Shown here piece after piece: positions 1 to 12,238 of a DNA stretch of 64,000 nucleotides. The DNA comes from Squalus acanthias. Lineage: Eukaryota. Below the pieces are notes generated by a model. It was given only the letters and a program-made list of their open reading frames with translations. It was not told where the DNA came from and searched no databases. Within the stretch, counting starts at the first letter, position 1. Each line of letters starts with the position of its first letter. The position numbers were made by a program, and so were the translations under genes. The stretch lies in contig CM059432.1 in the NCBI GenBank assembly GCA_030390025.1, positions 146,508,001-146,572,000 on the forward strand, written 5' to 3'.

Positions 1-251
1 ACAGCCTCTCAGCATCTACCCTGTCAAGCCCTCTAAGAATTTTATATGTTTCAATGGGATCACCTTTCATTCTTCTAATCTCCAGAGAATATAGGCCCAT
101 TCTACTCAATCTCTCCTCATAGAACAACCTTCTCATCCCAGGAATCAATCTAGTGAACCTTCGTTGTAACCCCTCTAAGGAAAGTATATCCTTCCTTAGA
201 TTCAAAAACCAAAACTGTGCACAGTACTCCAGGTGTGGTCTCACTAAAGCC

Positions 252-1737
252 AACAACAACAACAACTTGTGTTTATATAGCGCCTTTAACGTAGTAAAAC
301 GTCCCAAGGCGCTGCACAGGAGTATTTTAAGACAACAAATTTGACACCGAGCCACATATGGATAAATTAGGGCAGGTGACCAAAAGCTTGGTCAAAGAGG
401 TAGGTTTTAAGGAGTGTCTTAAAGGAGGAAAGAGAGGTAGCGAGGCGGAGAGGTTTAGGGAGGGAATTCCAGAGCTTAGGGCCTAGGCAACAGAAGACAC
501 GGCCACCAATGGTTGAGCGATTATAATCAGGGATGCTCAAGAGGGCAGAATTAGAGGAGCGCAGATATCTCGGGGGGTTGTGGGGCTGGAGGAGATTACA
601 GAGATAGAAAGGGGCGAGGCCATGGAGGGATTTGAAAACAAGGATGAGAATTTTGAAATCAAGGCGCTGCTTAACCAGGAGCCAATGTTGGTCAGCGAGC
701 ACAGGGGAGATGGGCGAACGGGACTTGGTGCGGGTTAGGACACGGGCAGCCGAGTTTTGGATGACCTCAAGTTTGCGTAGGGTGGAATATGGGAGGCCAG
801 CCAGGAGTGCGTTGGAATAGTCAAGTCTAGAGGTACCAAAGGCATGGATGAGTGTTTCAGCAGTGGGTGAGTTGAGGCAAGGGCGGAGACGGGCGATGTT
901 ACGGAGGTGGAAGTAGGCGGTCTTAGTTATACTGCGGATATGTGATCGGAAGCTCATTTCAGGGTCAAATATGACACCAAGGTTGCGAACAGTGTGGTTC
1001 AGCCTCAGACAGATGTTAGGGAGAGGGATGGAGTCAGTGGCTAGGGAACAGAGTTTGTGGCGGGGACCGAAAACAATGGCTTCGATCTTCCCAATATTTA
1101 ATTGGAGAAAATTTTTGCTCATCCAGTACTGGATGTCGGACAAGCAGTCTGACAATTTAGACACCGTGGAGGGGTCGAGAGAAGAGGTAGTGAGTTAGCG
1201 CTGGGTGTCGTCAGCACACATGGAAACTGACGCTGTGTTTTCGGATGATGTCACCAAGGGGCAACATGTAGATGAGAAATAGGAGGGGGCCAAGGATAGA
1301 TCCTTGGGGGACACCAGAGGTAACGATTCGGGAGCGGGAAGAGAAGCCGTTGCAGGTGATTCTCTGGTTACGATTAGATAGATAAGAATGGAACCAGGCG
1401 AGTGCAGTCCCTCCCAGCTGGACGACAGTGGAGAGGCGTTGGAGGAGGATGGAGTGGTCAACCGTGTCAAAGGCTGCAGACAAGTCAAAAAGGACGAGGA
1501 GGGATAGTTTACCTTTGTCACAGTTACATAAGATGTCATTTGTGACTTTGATGAGAGCCGTTTCGGTACTGTGGCAAGGGCAGAAACCTGATTGGAGGAA
1601 TTCAAACATGAAATTGCGGGAAAGATGGGCACGGATTTGGGAGGCGACAACACATTCAAGGACTTTGGAGAGGAAAGGGAGGTTGGAGATGGGGCGGTAG
1701 TTTGCAAGAACGGAGGGATCAAGGATCAAGGATCAAG
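252..1737 (-). mobile_element. 5'-truncated L2 LINE (RT and C-terminus) with (GTT)n tail
   Basis: ORFs 1211..1729 (NYRPISNLPFLSK, DLSAAFDTVDH, GVPQGSILGP) and 367..1164 (L2-type SRLDYSNALL, HWL). (AAC)n tail at 252-266. AAGCC is repeated at 247-251 and 1735-1739. Confidence 0.92.
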
Positions 1738-2096
1738 CCTCATATAATTGCAGCAAGACTTTCTGACTCTTATACTCCAACCCCTTTGCAATAAAAGCTA
1801 ATGCACCATTTCCCTTCCTAATTGCATGCTGTACCTGCATGTTAACTTTCTGTGATTTGTGTACAAGGACACCCAGGTCCTTCTGAATATCAACATTTAC
1901 TAGTCTCTCACCTTTTGAAAAAATTCTGCTTTTCCATTATTCATACCAAAGTGAATAATTTCACATTTCCCCACAGTATACTCCATCTGCCTCTTTATTG
2001 CACAATCACTTAACCCGTCTATATCCTTTTGCAGCAACGTTGCCTCCTCCTCACAGCTTCCTTTCCCACCTAGCTTTGCATCATCAGCAAACTTAG

Positions 2097-3080
2097 GCTG
2101 GATAGCTCTTTTTCAGTTGGCACAGACACAATGGGCCGAATGGCCTCCTTCTGTGCTGTAAATTTCTAAGATTCTATGGGGGAAAAATTCAGTATCGCCC
2201 CATTTGGGGCGCAATTATCGGCCGGGCGCAAAGATTAGCACCTGGCGCTAATTATCGCCTCCGACTGCAAACTTGGCTTTTATCGCCCCTGGAGGTGATT
2301 GGCGTGCTAAATCAAGTGCTTCACACCTGTCTTAAGGCGCAAAGGCCGAGGAGCGAGGCGCTACCTCAGAGCGCTGGCGAAGCTCATGTGATGTCAGTCA
2401 GCAATGGAACACACACACAATGGCGCTGGCCAGTTCTTAAAGGGGATGGTTAATCTTGCTCTCCATCCACACCCTGCTCATTGCAGCCTTGAATCTCGGC
2501 CTGGAGAGACCTGTACATCAAATCTGCTGGAAAGAACAATGGAGAGCACCAGGGAAAGAGCTCAGAGTGCAGCCCCCACAGTCTCTTCTAAATTGATGCA
2601 AGGAAGGTCAAATCAAAATGAACCTGCAAAGTGCTGCTCAGTACCCAAAACTCCTTCACACAGCGTTAAATCTCTCCAGAAGTCTCTCTCTCTCTCAGAA
2701 TGCGTGGTGCAAAAATGTCACCAACAAAAAAAGGCAGGAAGCGTTCGCCTTTAAATAGCGCTCCCCCAGTCCCTTCCTGACTGCAAAACGCTCCCCTCCA
2801 CCTGTCGTTGCTAGCGGCAGGTGGTAAGGCAGGGGGCGCCACTCAATATCCGCTCCGGGGCGCTACCGGGGCGTTGCGCACTCGACTGACGTCACGATCT
2901 GCTGGCGCAGGAGATCGTGGCGGTAGTGTTTAGCACCGCCGCAAAATGTCTAGTTAATTTCGTGAGCGGCGCAAACATCGCCGCGCCCAGGCGCTAGTTG
3001 CTTTGCGCCCCATTAACGCCCTCTTAAGGCGCTAATGGGAGGCGCAACCAACTGAATTTTTCCCCCTATGATTCTATGAT
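2097..3080 (+). mobile_element. Short CR1 3'-end insertion with (ATTCTATG)n tail, interrupted by a MITE
   Basis: GGGCCGAATGGCCTCCTTCTGTGCTG followed by an ATTCTATG tail, as at the other CR1 3' ends. The tail continues at 3067-3080. Confidence 0.75.
2178..3066. mobile_element. PIF/Harbinger-type MITE, family A copy 1
   Basis: Perfect 16-bp TIR GGGGGAAAAATTCAGT and 3-bp TSD TAT (2175-2177 / 3067-3069). A near-identical inverted copy lies at 34408-35298. Confidence 0.92.
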
Positions 3081-3145
3081 ATTACACTCGGTCCCCTCAT
3101 CTAAGTCATTGATATAGATTGTAAATAGCTGAGGCCCAAGCACTG

Positions 3146-6100
3146 GGTTAAGGATGTCACCGAGTGGCTGCAGAACATTCTGAGGTGGGAGGGTGAACAG
3201 TCAGAGGTCGTGGACAATATCGGTACCAACGACATAGGTAGAAAGAGGGATGAGGTCCTGCAGGCAGGACTCAGGGAGCTAGAAAAGAGATTAAAAAACA
3301 GGACCTCAAAGGTAGTATTCTCCAGATTACTCCCAGTGCCACGCGCTAGTGAGTATAGGAATAGGAGGATAGAGCAGATGAATGCGTGGCTGGAGAGATG
3401 GTGCAGGAGGGAGGGCTTCAGATTCCTGGGGCATTGGGGCCAGTTCTGGGGGAGGTGGGGCTTGTACAGGCCGGACGGGTTGCACCTCAACAGAGCCGGT
3501 ACCAATATCCTCGCGGGGGGTTTGTTAGGGCACTAGGATGTAGTATTAGAAAGGAGAAACAAAGGGCACAAAGGATTGGGAGAGACGGATAGCACTAGAG
3601 TAAGAAATAGTCAGGTATTAGGTGGGGTCAGACTAAGAGAGAACACAGGATGGTCTAAGATAGGTTTACAATGGATGTATGTGAACGCACGTAGCATAGT
3701 AAATAAGGTTGGTGAGCTGCAGGTGCAAATAGCCACATGGGAATATGATGTCGTGACGATAACGGAGACATGGCTCAAAAAAGGGCAGGATTGGGTATTA
3801 AGTGTTCCTGGAGATAAGGTGTTCAGGAAAGATAGGGAAGGAAAGATAGGAGGTAGTGTGGCAGTATTGGTCAAGGAGAATGTTACAGTTCTGGAGAGAG
3901 AGGATGTCCTGGAGGGGTCAAGGACAGAATCTATATGGCTAGAGTTAAGAAATAATAGAGGTGTCATTACACTACTAGGTGTATTCTATAGACCACCAAA
4001 TAGTGGGAAAAATATGGAGGAGCAAATCTGCAGAGAAATTACAGAGAGATGGAAGAACTATAGAGTAGTGATAATGGGGGACTTCAACTATCCTAATATA
4101 GTCTGGGATAGTAATAGTGTAAAGGGCAGAGAGGGGGAGGAATTTCTGAAGTGTGTTCAGGAGAACTTTCTTGATCAGTATGTTTCCGGCCCAACGAGGA
4201 AGGAGGCATTGCTGGATCTGGTTCTGGGGAATGAGGTCGGTCAAGTGGAGCAAGTGTCAGTAGGTGAACATTTAGGGAATAGTGATCATAGTATCATAAG
4301 GTTTAGATTAGCGATGGAAAAGGACAGGGAGCAATCTAGAGTAAAAATTCTTAATTGAAGGAAGGCCAATTTCAGTGGGGTGAGAACAGATCTGGCCCGG
4401 GTAAATTGGAATCAAAGATTGGCAGGCAAAACTGTAATGGATCAATGGGCTGCCTTTAAAGAGGAAATAGTTTGGGTACAGTCAAGATACATTCCCACTA
4501 GGGGGAAATGTAGGGCAACTAACATCAGAGCTCCCTGGATGACAAAAGAGATAAAGAGTAAGGTGAAGCAGAAAAAGAGTGTGTATGACAGATGTCAGGT
4601 TGAGAATACATCTGCGAATCAGGCTATATATAGAAAGTTCAGAGGAGAAGTGAAAAAGAAATTAAGAGGGGCAAAGAGAGGGTATGAGAATAGAATGGCA
4701 ACTAACATAAAAGGTCATCCAAAAGTCTTCTAAAGGCATATAAATAGTAAACAGGTAGTAAGAGGAGGGGTGGGGCTGATTAGGGACCAAAAAGGAGACC
4801 TATGCATGGAGGCAGAGGGTATGGCTGAGGTACTAAATGAGTACATTGTATCTGTCTTCACTAAGGAAGAAGATGCTGCCATAGACATAGTGAAGGAAGA
4901 GGTAGAGGAGATACTGGATGGGATAAAATTTGATAAAGAGGAGGCAGTAGAAAGGCGGGCTGTGCTTAAAGTAGATAAGTCACCAGGACCAGATGGGATG
5001 CATCCTAGGACGCTGAGGGAAGTGAAGGAAGAAATCGCGGAGGTACTGGCCATAATTTTCCAATCCTTCTTAGAAACAGGGGTGGTGCCAGAGGACTGGA
5101 GAATTGCAAATGTTACACCCTTGTTCAAAAAAGTGTGTAAAGATAAACCGAGCAACTACAGGCCAGTCAGTTTAACCTCGGTAGTGGGGAAGCTTTTAGA
5201 AACAATAATCAGGGACAAAATTAACAGTCACTTGGACAAGTGTAGGTTAACTAAGGAAAGTCAGCATGGATTTGTTAAAGGCAAATCGTGTTTAACTAAC
5301 TTGATTGAGTTTTTTGATGAGGTAACAGAGAGGGTTGATGAGGGCAATGCGGTTGACGTGGTGTACAAGGATTTCCAAAAGACGTTTGATAAAGTGCCAC
5401 ATAATAAGCTTGCAGCAAAATTGAAGCCCATGGAATAAAAGGGACAGTGGCAGCATGGATACGAAATTGGCTAAGTGACAGGAAACAGAGAGTATTGGTG
5501 AACGGTTGTTTTTTGGACTGGAGTAAGATATACAGTGGTGTTCCCCAGGGTTCGGTTCTAGGACCACTGCTTTTCATGATATATATTAATCGCGATCGCT
5601 GCCGGCACCCTGAATGAAAGAGGGGAAGAGGGCAGGTGCTGGCAGGCAGCCAGAAAAAAAATTGGCCACCCGACACCTGCCCCTTTAAATACCGCCGCCG
5701 CGTCTGCACAGACGCCACTCTGACCCTGTCGGACATATCATCCAGTGATAGGTCAGGGGGCGCAGCCGAAGTTTGTGGCTGGGGCTTGAGCGGGGCGCTA
5801 CCGGCTATCGCCACCGCTAACCTCCCACTGAATTTTGTGGGAGGCGTTAGCCGGTTGCGCCCCGCGGCCTGGAAATTATGATGAACTTTTATAAAACACT
5901 GGTTCGGCCTCAACTGGAGTATTGTGTCCAGTTCTGGGCACCGCACTTTAGGAAGGATGTGAAGGCCTTAGAGAGGGTGCAGAAAAGATTTACGAGAATG
6001 ATTCCAGAGATGAGGGACTTCAGTTACGTGGATAGACTGGAGAATCTGGGGTTGTTCTCCTTAGAGCAGAGAAGATTGAGAGGAGATTTGATAGAGGTGT

Positions 6101-6469
6101 TCAAAATCATGAGGGGTCTGGACAGAGTAGATAGAGTGAAACTGTTCCCATTGGCAGAAGGGTCGAGAACCAGAGGACATAGATTTAAGGTGATTGGCAG
6201 AAGAACCAAAGGCGACATGAGGAAAGCCTTTTTTACGCAGCGAGTGGTTAGGATCTGGAATGCACTGCCTGAAAGGATGGTGGGAGGCAGATTCAATCAC
6301 GGCTTTCAAAAGGGAGTTGGATAAGTACCTGAAGGAAAAAAAATTGCAAGGCTACGGGGAAAGGGTGGGGGAGTGGGATTAGCTGAAGTGCTCTTGCAGA
6401 GAGCCAGCACGAGCTCAACGGGCCGAATAGCCTTCTTCAGTGCTGTAACCATTCTATGATTCTGTGATT
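3146..6469 (+). mobile_element. Long CR1 LINE: ORF1 SGNH-esterase C-terminus plus frameshifted APE-RT ORF2 and 3' tail
   Basis: ORF 3210..3536 (GTND, DGLHLN), ORF 3576..4358 (APE: ITETWL, YRPP, GDFN, SDH), ORF 4770..5438 (RT) and ORF 5878..6324. ATTCTATG tail. TSD CACTG at 3141-3145 / 6470-6474. Confidence 0.93.
5591..5872. mobile_element. GC-rich MITE fragment replacing part of the CR1 RT domain
   Basis: CGCTAACCTCCCACTGAATTTTGTGGGAGGCGTTAGC is the inverse of a segment of the 22721 MITE. The flanking CR1 jumps from ...IYIN to IMMNFYK. Confidence 0.7.
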
Positions 6470-8599
6470 CACTGATCCCTGCGACACTCCACTAGTTACA
6501 CCCCGCCATCCCGAAAATGACCCGTTTATTCCTACTGTCTGTTTTCTGTCCATTAACCAATCCTCAATCCATGCTAATATATTACCCCCAATCCCATGCG
6601 CCATAATCTTGTGTAACAACCTCTTGTGTGGCACCTTATCGAATGTCTTCTGAAAATCCAAATACACTACAGCCACAGGTTCCCCCTTATCTACCCTGCT
6701 AGTTACTCCCTCAAGAAACTCTAATAGATTTGTCAAACATGATTTCCCTTTCATAAAACCGCGTTGACTCTGCCTAATGATATTGTGTTGTTGTTTCTGT
6801 TGTTGTCAGATGCAGTAAATCAGACTGGATAATTGCTAGGTTTGTATATAAGACGGCTGATTGTACTCTAGTGTATGGTCAGCACATGAAGGGTTCTTGT
6901 GTATGAAGTGGATTTGCAGACAGCAGAATTACTAACTTCTCAGTCCACTGGTGCTTTATCTTCATCCCGCCTGTCGTGTCTTTGCTCGCTTCTGGCAGTT
7001 TTTCCAAAGTTTTGTTTCATCCTCGTATTCCAACTTTTTTTCCCCCTTTCCTTAATGTTGCTTCCAACTTTCCCAATAGAGAGTCATAGAATCAAACAGC
7101 ACAGTGGGGCCCGGCTTGCCAGACTGACCAGGCCTCATAGCAACTTCATTCAGCTGCTTGTCCGTTTGGTCAGCCTAAAACAGTAAATTACTGTGAATTA
7201 CTCGAAAGTCTTTACAATGACAGCAGTCGGCTCTCGACGAGGTGCAGGGAAACACTGCGATACTGAAAAACGTCACAGCCGTATGATGCACAAGTCAGCT
7301 GGTTGTCCTTTGCATCCTTCAAAAGTGTCTGAGCTGCCTGGTGCCTCCAAGAGGACCCTTCCGGCACCTGATCCACCCATTCTGTCGTGGCATCTTGTTT
7401 ACTCAAGCAACATCCATTCAGGGAGGCGATATTACTGACACAGTGCAGGTATTACTGGGCAGCAGTGAGCAGGAGGAGCTGGTGGGCAATTTTGAGGAGA
7501 CATCTCCCTCAACGTGACATAAGCAGCGGGCCTCAGCTGAGCATTTCAAGACTGTGTTCTCAGGGGCCCAGGCTGTTAAAGATCAATGATTCAGCAGCAT
7601 TGGTCTCGCGTGCAGGCAGTGGAGACAGTCTATTCCCTCCTGGTGCTGATGACGATGGAGTCCAGAACCTGCATCTGCAGTACAATGAAGGAGGCAGGGC
7701 AGAAAGTGAAGACCTGGTGACTGTGGCAGTCCAGAAGATCAATGTAGCCGACAGCTAGACATGAGGAGAAGGGTATAAGAGCTGTTGGTATTTCTGTAGT
7801 GGCAACAATTACTGTTTCCGTAGATGGCAGTCTTACAAAGCAGCCTTGACTGCTCAGAGACTGCTGTTTCAATATAGTAGACGTGACTCCCGGTCAAATC
7901 AGTGGTCCCAGAATCACACCCCCGTGTGCTTGCAATTAACCAGCCCCCTCTTCATTTCATTTCATTTCATTTCATTTCAGGGGGTATGCTACAGCAGCAG
8001 CATTATCAGGGCCACAGTGCGGGTCACGGGAGGGAAATTATGGCAGAAATCGAGTTCTGGTGCAGAGATTTGGCTGAGGGGCCCTGCCCTACTTCACTTG
8101 CCAGACCACCTCTACCCCACCCAAAAATGGGTGGCTTTCAGAAAGAAAGTCCGGGCCTTTATGTCAAAGGAAGCTGGGAACAGTCTGCTGCTCACCCCAC
8201 ACCCTGATTCCCTTGTGCAGTGCTGGTCACTGAGGCAATAGGGAGATACCGATGTGCAGAGAAATACCACAAAGAGGATTACCAGTGTCGGAGAAAATGA
8301 CAAATTCAAAATTGGGAACGGTATCAAGAAATCATTCTTCACACTTGATTCAAGATGAGCAAAATAGCCTTGCCTATTCATAGTCCTCTTGTGATCTGTG
8401 TTTTTTGTATGAGGAAGAGAAGGAGCAATGGAAGGATGATCAGCAGCATTCATAGATGCACAGAACCCAACTGGCAGAGGAACCGTAGGAGTGAAGAGGA
8501 GGCACTGTGCAGTGTGTGTTGTCTTCAATTCCCAATAGTTATCGCCTGTATACCAAAAGAGACAATGGTCTTGATATTAACCCAAACCCTATGACAGGC

Positions 8600-9000
8600 A
8601 AGAGAGGGTCAGCAGGGGGGGGGTTAAATAGTCAAATACACCAAATATGACCATAATCCGTTGCACCATTGCATTTTTATAAAGGATTACAATGGTGAGG
8701 AGGAGGAGGAAGATGGGGTGTACAGCGCCAGACCAGCGGATTACATTGCTGCTCGAGATGCTCTAATAGCATAAAGGTTCCATTAATCACTCACACTGGA
8801 TCAAAGTCACTATGACATCCCCCGCCAACACCCCCACCCCACTCCCCACAAGCAGTCCTACAACCATCCATCCATTCGTTCCACACCTACCAATTGGTGT
8901 CAGTCTATTCATGTTTTTCAGCACGAAACAAATGAATTGACACGTTTCATTCAAGAATGGGAAACATGGGAAAGTGGTGCAAAGTAATAAATTTAATGGT
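8600..9000 (+). mobile_element. Highly decayed Harbinger transposase C-terminus and 3' UTR
   Basis: Acidic run followed by AARDALI..RFH*. AAAGTGGTGCAAAGTAATAAA matches the reverse complement of about 46840-46865. Confidence 0.5.
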
Positions 9001-9064
9001 CTGGTAATTGCGGTTGGAGGCTTGCAGCCCGCGTATGCCTCTGAACCGCAAGAAAAGAGAGCGT

Positions 9065-9798
9065 CTAACCACCTCCCCTTGACATTCAACGGCATTACCA
9101 TCACCGAATCCCCCAACATCAACATCCTGGGGGTCACCATTGACCAGAAACTTAACTGGACCAGCCACATAAATACTGTGGCAACAAGAGCAGGTCAGAG
9201 GCTAGGTATTCTGCGGCGAGTGTCTCACCTCCTGACTCCCCAAAGCCTTCCCCCCATCTACAAGGCACAAGTCAGGAGTGTGATGGAATACTCTCCACTT
9301 GCCTGGATGAGTGCAGCTCCAACAACACTCAAGAAGCTCGACACCATCCAGGACAAAGCAGCCCGCTTGATTGGCACCCCATCTACCACCCTAAACATTC
9401 ACTCCTCCATCACCGGCGCACCGTGTCTGCAGTGTGTACCATCTACAAGATGCCCTGCAGCAACTCGCCAAGGCTTCTTCGACAGCGCCTCCCAAACCCA
9501 CGACCTCTTCCACCTAGAAGGACAAGGGCAGCAGACGCATGGGAACACCACCGACCTCCAAGTTCCCCTTCAAGTCACACACCATCCTGACTTGGAAATA
9601 TATTGCCATTCCTTCATCGTCGCTGGGTCAAAATCCTGGAACTCCCTCCCTAACAGCACTGTGGGAGTACCTTCACCACACGGACTGCAGCGGTTCAAGA
9701 AGGCGGCTCACCACCACCTTCTCGAGGGCAATTAGGGATGGGCAATAAATGCCGGCCTTGCCAGCGACTCTCACATCCCTGGAACTAATAAAAAAAAG
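9065..9798 (+). mobile_element. 3' end of second CR1-clade LINE family (family B) with A-rich tail
   Basis: ORF 8974..9735 (ILGVTIDQKLNW, YKAQVRSVMEYSPLAW). Ends GGGCAATAAATG..AAAAAAA. Same family as 53595-55756. Confidence 0.85.
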
Positions 9799-9995
9799 GC
9801 TTCCCGCTCCTGCACCGTTACTTCTGGAGTCTTCCAACGAATTATCCATGGCCCCCTCCTATTTCTCATCTACACGCTGCCTTTCGGTGACAACATCCGG
9901 AAACACAACATCAGGTTCCACATGTACCTGGTTCTTATGTTCTTATGTTTCACTACGTTAACGGCGCTATATAAATGCAAGTTGTTATTATTGGT
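9799..9995 (+). mobile_element. L2 fragments (RT GVPQG region and 3' end) joined by a TTCTTATG CR1-type tail
   Basis: Matches the reverse complement of L2 1220-1340 and ends GGCGCTATATAAATGCAAGTTGTT. Confidence 0.65.
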
Positions 9996-10054
9996 GTTAC
10001 CTAAGATTGATGTATTCCTTAAGATAAGCTCTCCCCTTTCCTTTTAAATTCTAG

Positions 10055-10226
10055 GTTCAAAATCACAGACCGCTCTGTGGCACACTGGTACTGGATTGGA
10101 GGGGGAGAATGAAAAAAGAAAAGAAAAGGCTGGAATTGATGTTGATTCAAAGAATCCGGAAGAAATCCTGGCAGAAGAATTTCTCTCCATAGACAACCCA
10201 GATGCTATGGAAAAGGCAGCGATCAG
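10055..10226 (+). CDS. PDE1C: Internal coding exon of PDE1 long N-terminal isoform (Ca2+/calmodulin-dependent 3',5'-cyclic nucleotide phosphodiesterase, most like PDE1C)
   Basis: Polypyrimidine tract and TTCTAG| acceptor; AG|GTTAG donor; 172 bp, phase 1 to phase 2. Encodes SKSQTALWHTGTGLEGENEKRKEKAGIDVDSKNPEEILAEEFLSIDNPDAMEKAAI(R). This resembles, from memory, PDE1C RSKSQNCLW...PEEILADELP...KTSFR, which precedes the LRSLVKQLERGE exon. Paralog assignment is unverified. Confidence 0.78.
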
Positions 10227-10685
10227 GTTAGCAATTCCGTCTGGCTGCGATCCATCATAAGTAAAGGAAAATTCTACAGAATTGATTTGGGTTTCTGCGT
10301 TTTCTTGCTGGTTTGGGTTTCTGACTAGTGATACAATTAAATCGATTAAAATCGATGGAAATAATTTCTGCTGAAATGTGATTGCACACTTTCTCCTGCT
10401 TTTAAAGGGACAAACGTTTCATGAAAAAATATTTGATGAGCTTTTTGTATTGGGCGACAGAAGTACTTGGAAAGCCATGCAATGTTACTATGTGTGGGTT
10501 GCACAATGACTTTTAACAAAAATGAAATTGCACGGTGTTGGTGAAAAATGAATTCACTCGAGTCTGTCTTAAAGCAGAAGATCACAGTTTATTTAACAGC
10601 GCATTCTGGGAGAAGAATTCATAGGTCCCGCGACCTGGTGAACCTCTTCTCATCTTTTAAGTGGTATCAAAACTTCTTTTATACA

Positions 10686-10716
10686 TGACATCATCCAATC
10701 ACGTTCCCTTAGCAAC
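10686..10716 (+). promoter_or_regulatory. Candidate promoter cluster: CRE-like TGACATCA, CCAAT and RFX X-box-like GTTCCCTTAGCAAC
   Basis: Three motifs within 31 bp (10686-10693, 10695-10699, 10703-10716) in non-repeat sequence. Confidence 0.4.
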
Positions 10717-12009
10717 AACGAATAATTAGAACACAGGGGGTTTTTGCTTCTTAACCGAAACTATAAACATCGAAATGTGGTCAGCGTTGTTTGGTATGTC
10801 TGTCTGGTTATCCCCTTGCATGTATACATGTTAACCACAGACATTTTCCATCGAACTGTGTTCAATTAACCATTTTGTTTTTTACATTTAACTTTTGTAT
10901 TACATTCTTTAACTTTAAGTCCTAATTTACTCCATCACACGGAATCTGAGGCAGCCTGTTGACATGGATAAGGAATTGGTGAGTAAGTAGGTATGGAGAA
11001 ACGATAAGACATTACAAATAAAATGGAAACCAATGTTGGAAATACACTGGAGGTCCCTGTAGAAAGAAAACTTGGCAAACACGCCTGCTTTCTGTGTATG
11101 TCCAGCATTTTCTGTTTTTTTATTGCAAATTGTTTTATTCATGACAGGACTCCTGTGAAGAAAGGATTAGTAGAATGAAAACACATTTGGCAATGTTTTT
11201 GTTTTAATCAGGAATAGAATGCAACTTTAAAAGAAAGTTGTGGCTCCGTTCACAGAGACAGAAATGATTCTGGAAATGAATAACTGTTAGGTTGGAAAAC
11301 ACCGCTGAATTGTTATGTAGAATCCAGACTGGGCACAGTGACACAACTAAGGGGTTGATTTTTTAAATCTTTAGTGCCTGGGTGCAGTGCAGAACGGAAA
11401 TTCGGATGTGGAGAGTTGCCCACTCATAACGGGGCTGGCCGACTGCTCCTCTCTTCACTGCAGCCGGGGGCGAAAGAGGAAATTGAGGTGATGCTGTTGG
11501 CAGCAGTGGTAAAGTACTTTAGCATTAAGCAGCGTGCTGGCTCCAGTGCAGTGCATTATTTAAATTGTGTTTATGGTTTTTACACTCTGCAAAGGGAGAG
11601 AGTAGTCTAAGATTTGTTTTACGCTGGGATCCAAGCATTTGCTTTGGTATTAATTGACAGACAGATGGTCCTGAGCATCAAAACAGGTACAAATATTTAA
11701 TGCAAAAATCGCACCATCAAATCCTCAATCCTCCGCAATAACAGTTCCTTACAAAAGAGTTCGATTTCCCATTGATACTGACTACAAGATGGGCCGTTCA
11801 TAGCATTTGCTCTGCTTCTATGTGACCATTCAGTGCTGCATCTTTAAAATAATCGCCAATGTCGGGCGATGAGGTTTACAGTTTGTGTTTCCGAGAACTC
11901 TCTCAAGGCACTTGCTTGACGTTTAGAACCGTTGTCATGAATGAGAACATTTCTGCCCCAGTGTGTAAGGAGTAACCGCAATCCTGAAAAGAGGTAAAAG
12001 GGTAACTGA

Positions 12010-12205
12010 GCTGCTGGAAATCTGAAATACAAACAGAAACTGCTGGAGATACACAGCAGGGTAGTTATATCTGTAAAGAGAAAGATAACACTGGATGTTT
12101 CAAGCCCAGCATGTGAAATGAACAATTACACCCAAAATGTTAAACTGTTTTTCACTTATTGATTCTGACCAACCAGCATTTTCTGTCAATATTTCAAATT
12201 TCCAG
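12010..12205. repeat. Degenerate fold-back element derived from Penelope-like pLTR ends
   Basis: CTGGAAATCTGAAATA..AGAAACTGCTGG at left and the inverse CCAGCATTTTCTG..TATTTCAAATTTCCAG at right. Resembles the starts of 17214 and 31903. Confidence 0.5.
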
Positions 12206-12238
12206 GCCCTGATGCTTTAACCTTGGCCCTGACACTTG

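Larger units (their letters stand above)
1..6783 (-). mobile_element. Decayed CR1 LINE (RT and C-terminal ORF2) split by nested insertions; pieces at about 1-251, 1738-2096, 3078-3145 and 6470-6783
   Basis: Minus-strand CR1 RT motifs (KGKSCLTNLLEF, YLDFQKTFDKVPH, GVSQGSV in ORF 6437..6754; FADD region near 2080). The sequence resumes in register after each insertion. Confidence 0.85.

Noticed and set aside
2404..2754. Duplicated protein-coding gene (with 34743..35072)
   Set aside because: Both ORFs lie inside copies of the same MITE and their frames diverge in the 3' part.
6800..6860. Upstream PDE1 exon after TTGTCAG
   Set aside because: Two frames hit early stops and there is no resemblance to the PDE1 N-terminus.
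7190..8600. Cluster of medium ORFs as a host gene
   Set aside because: No recognisable domain or consistent splice pattern; probably very old transposon debris.
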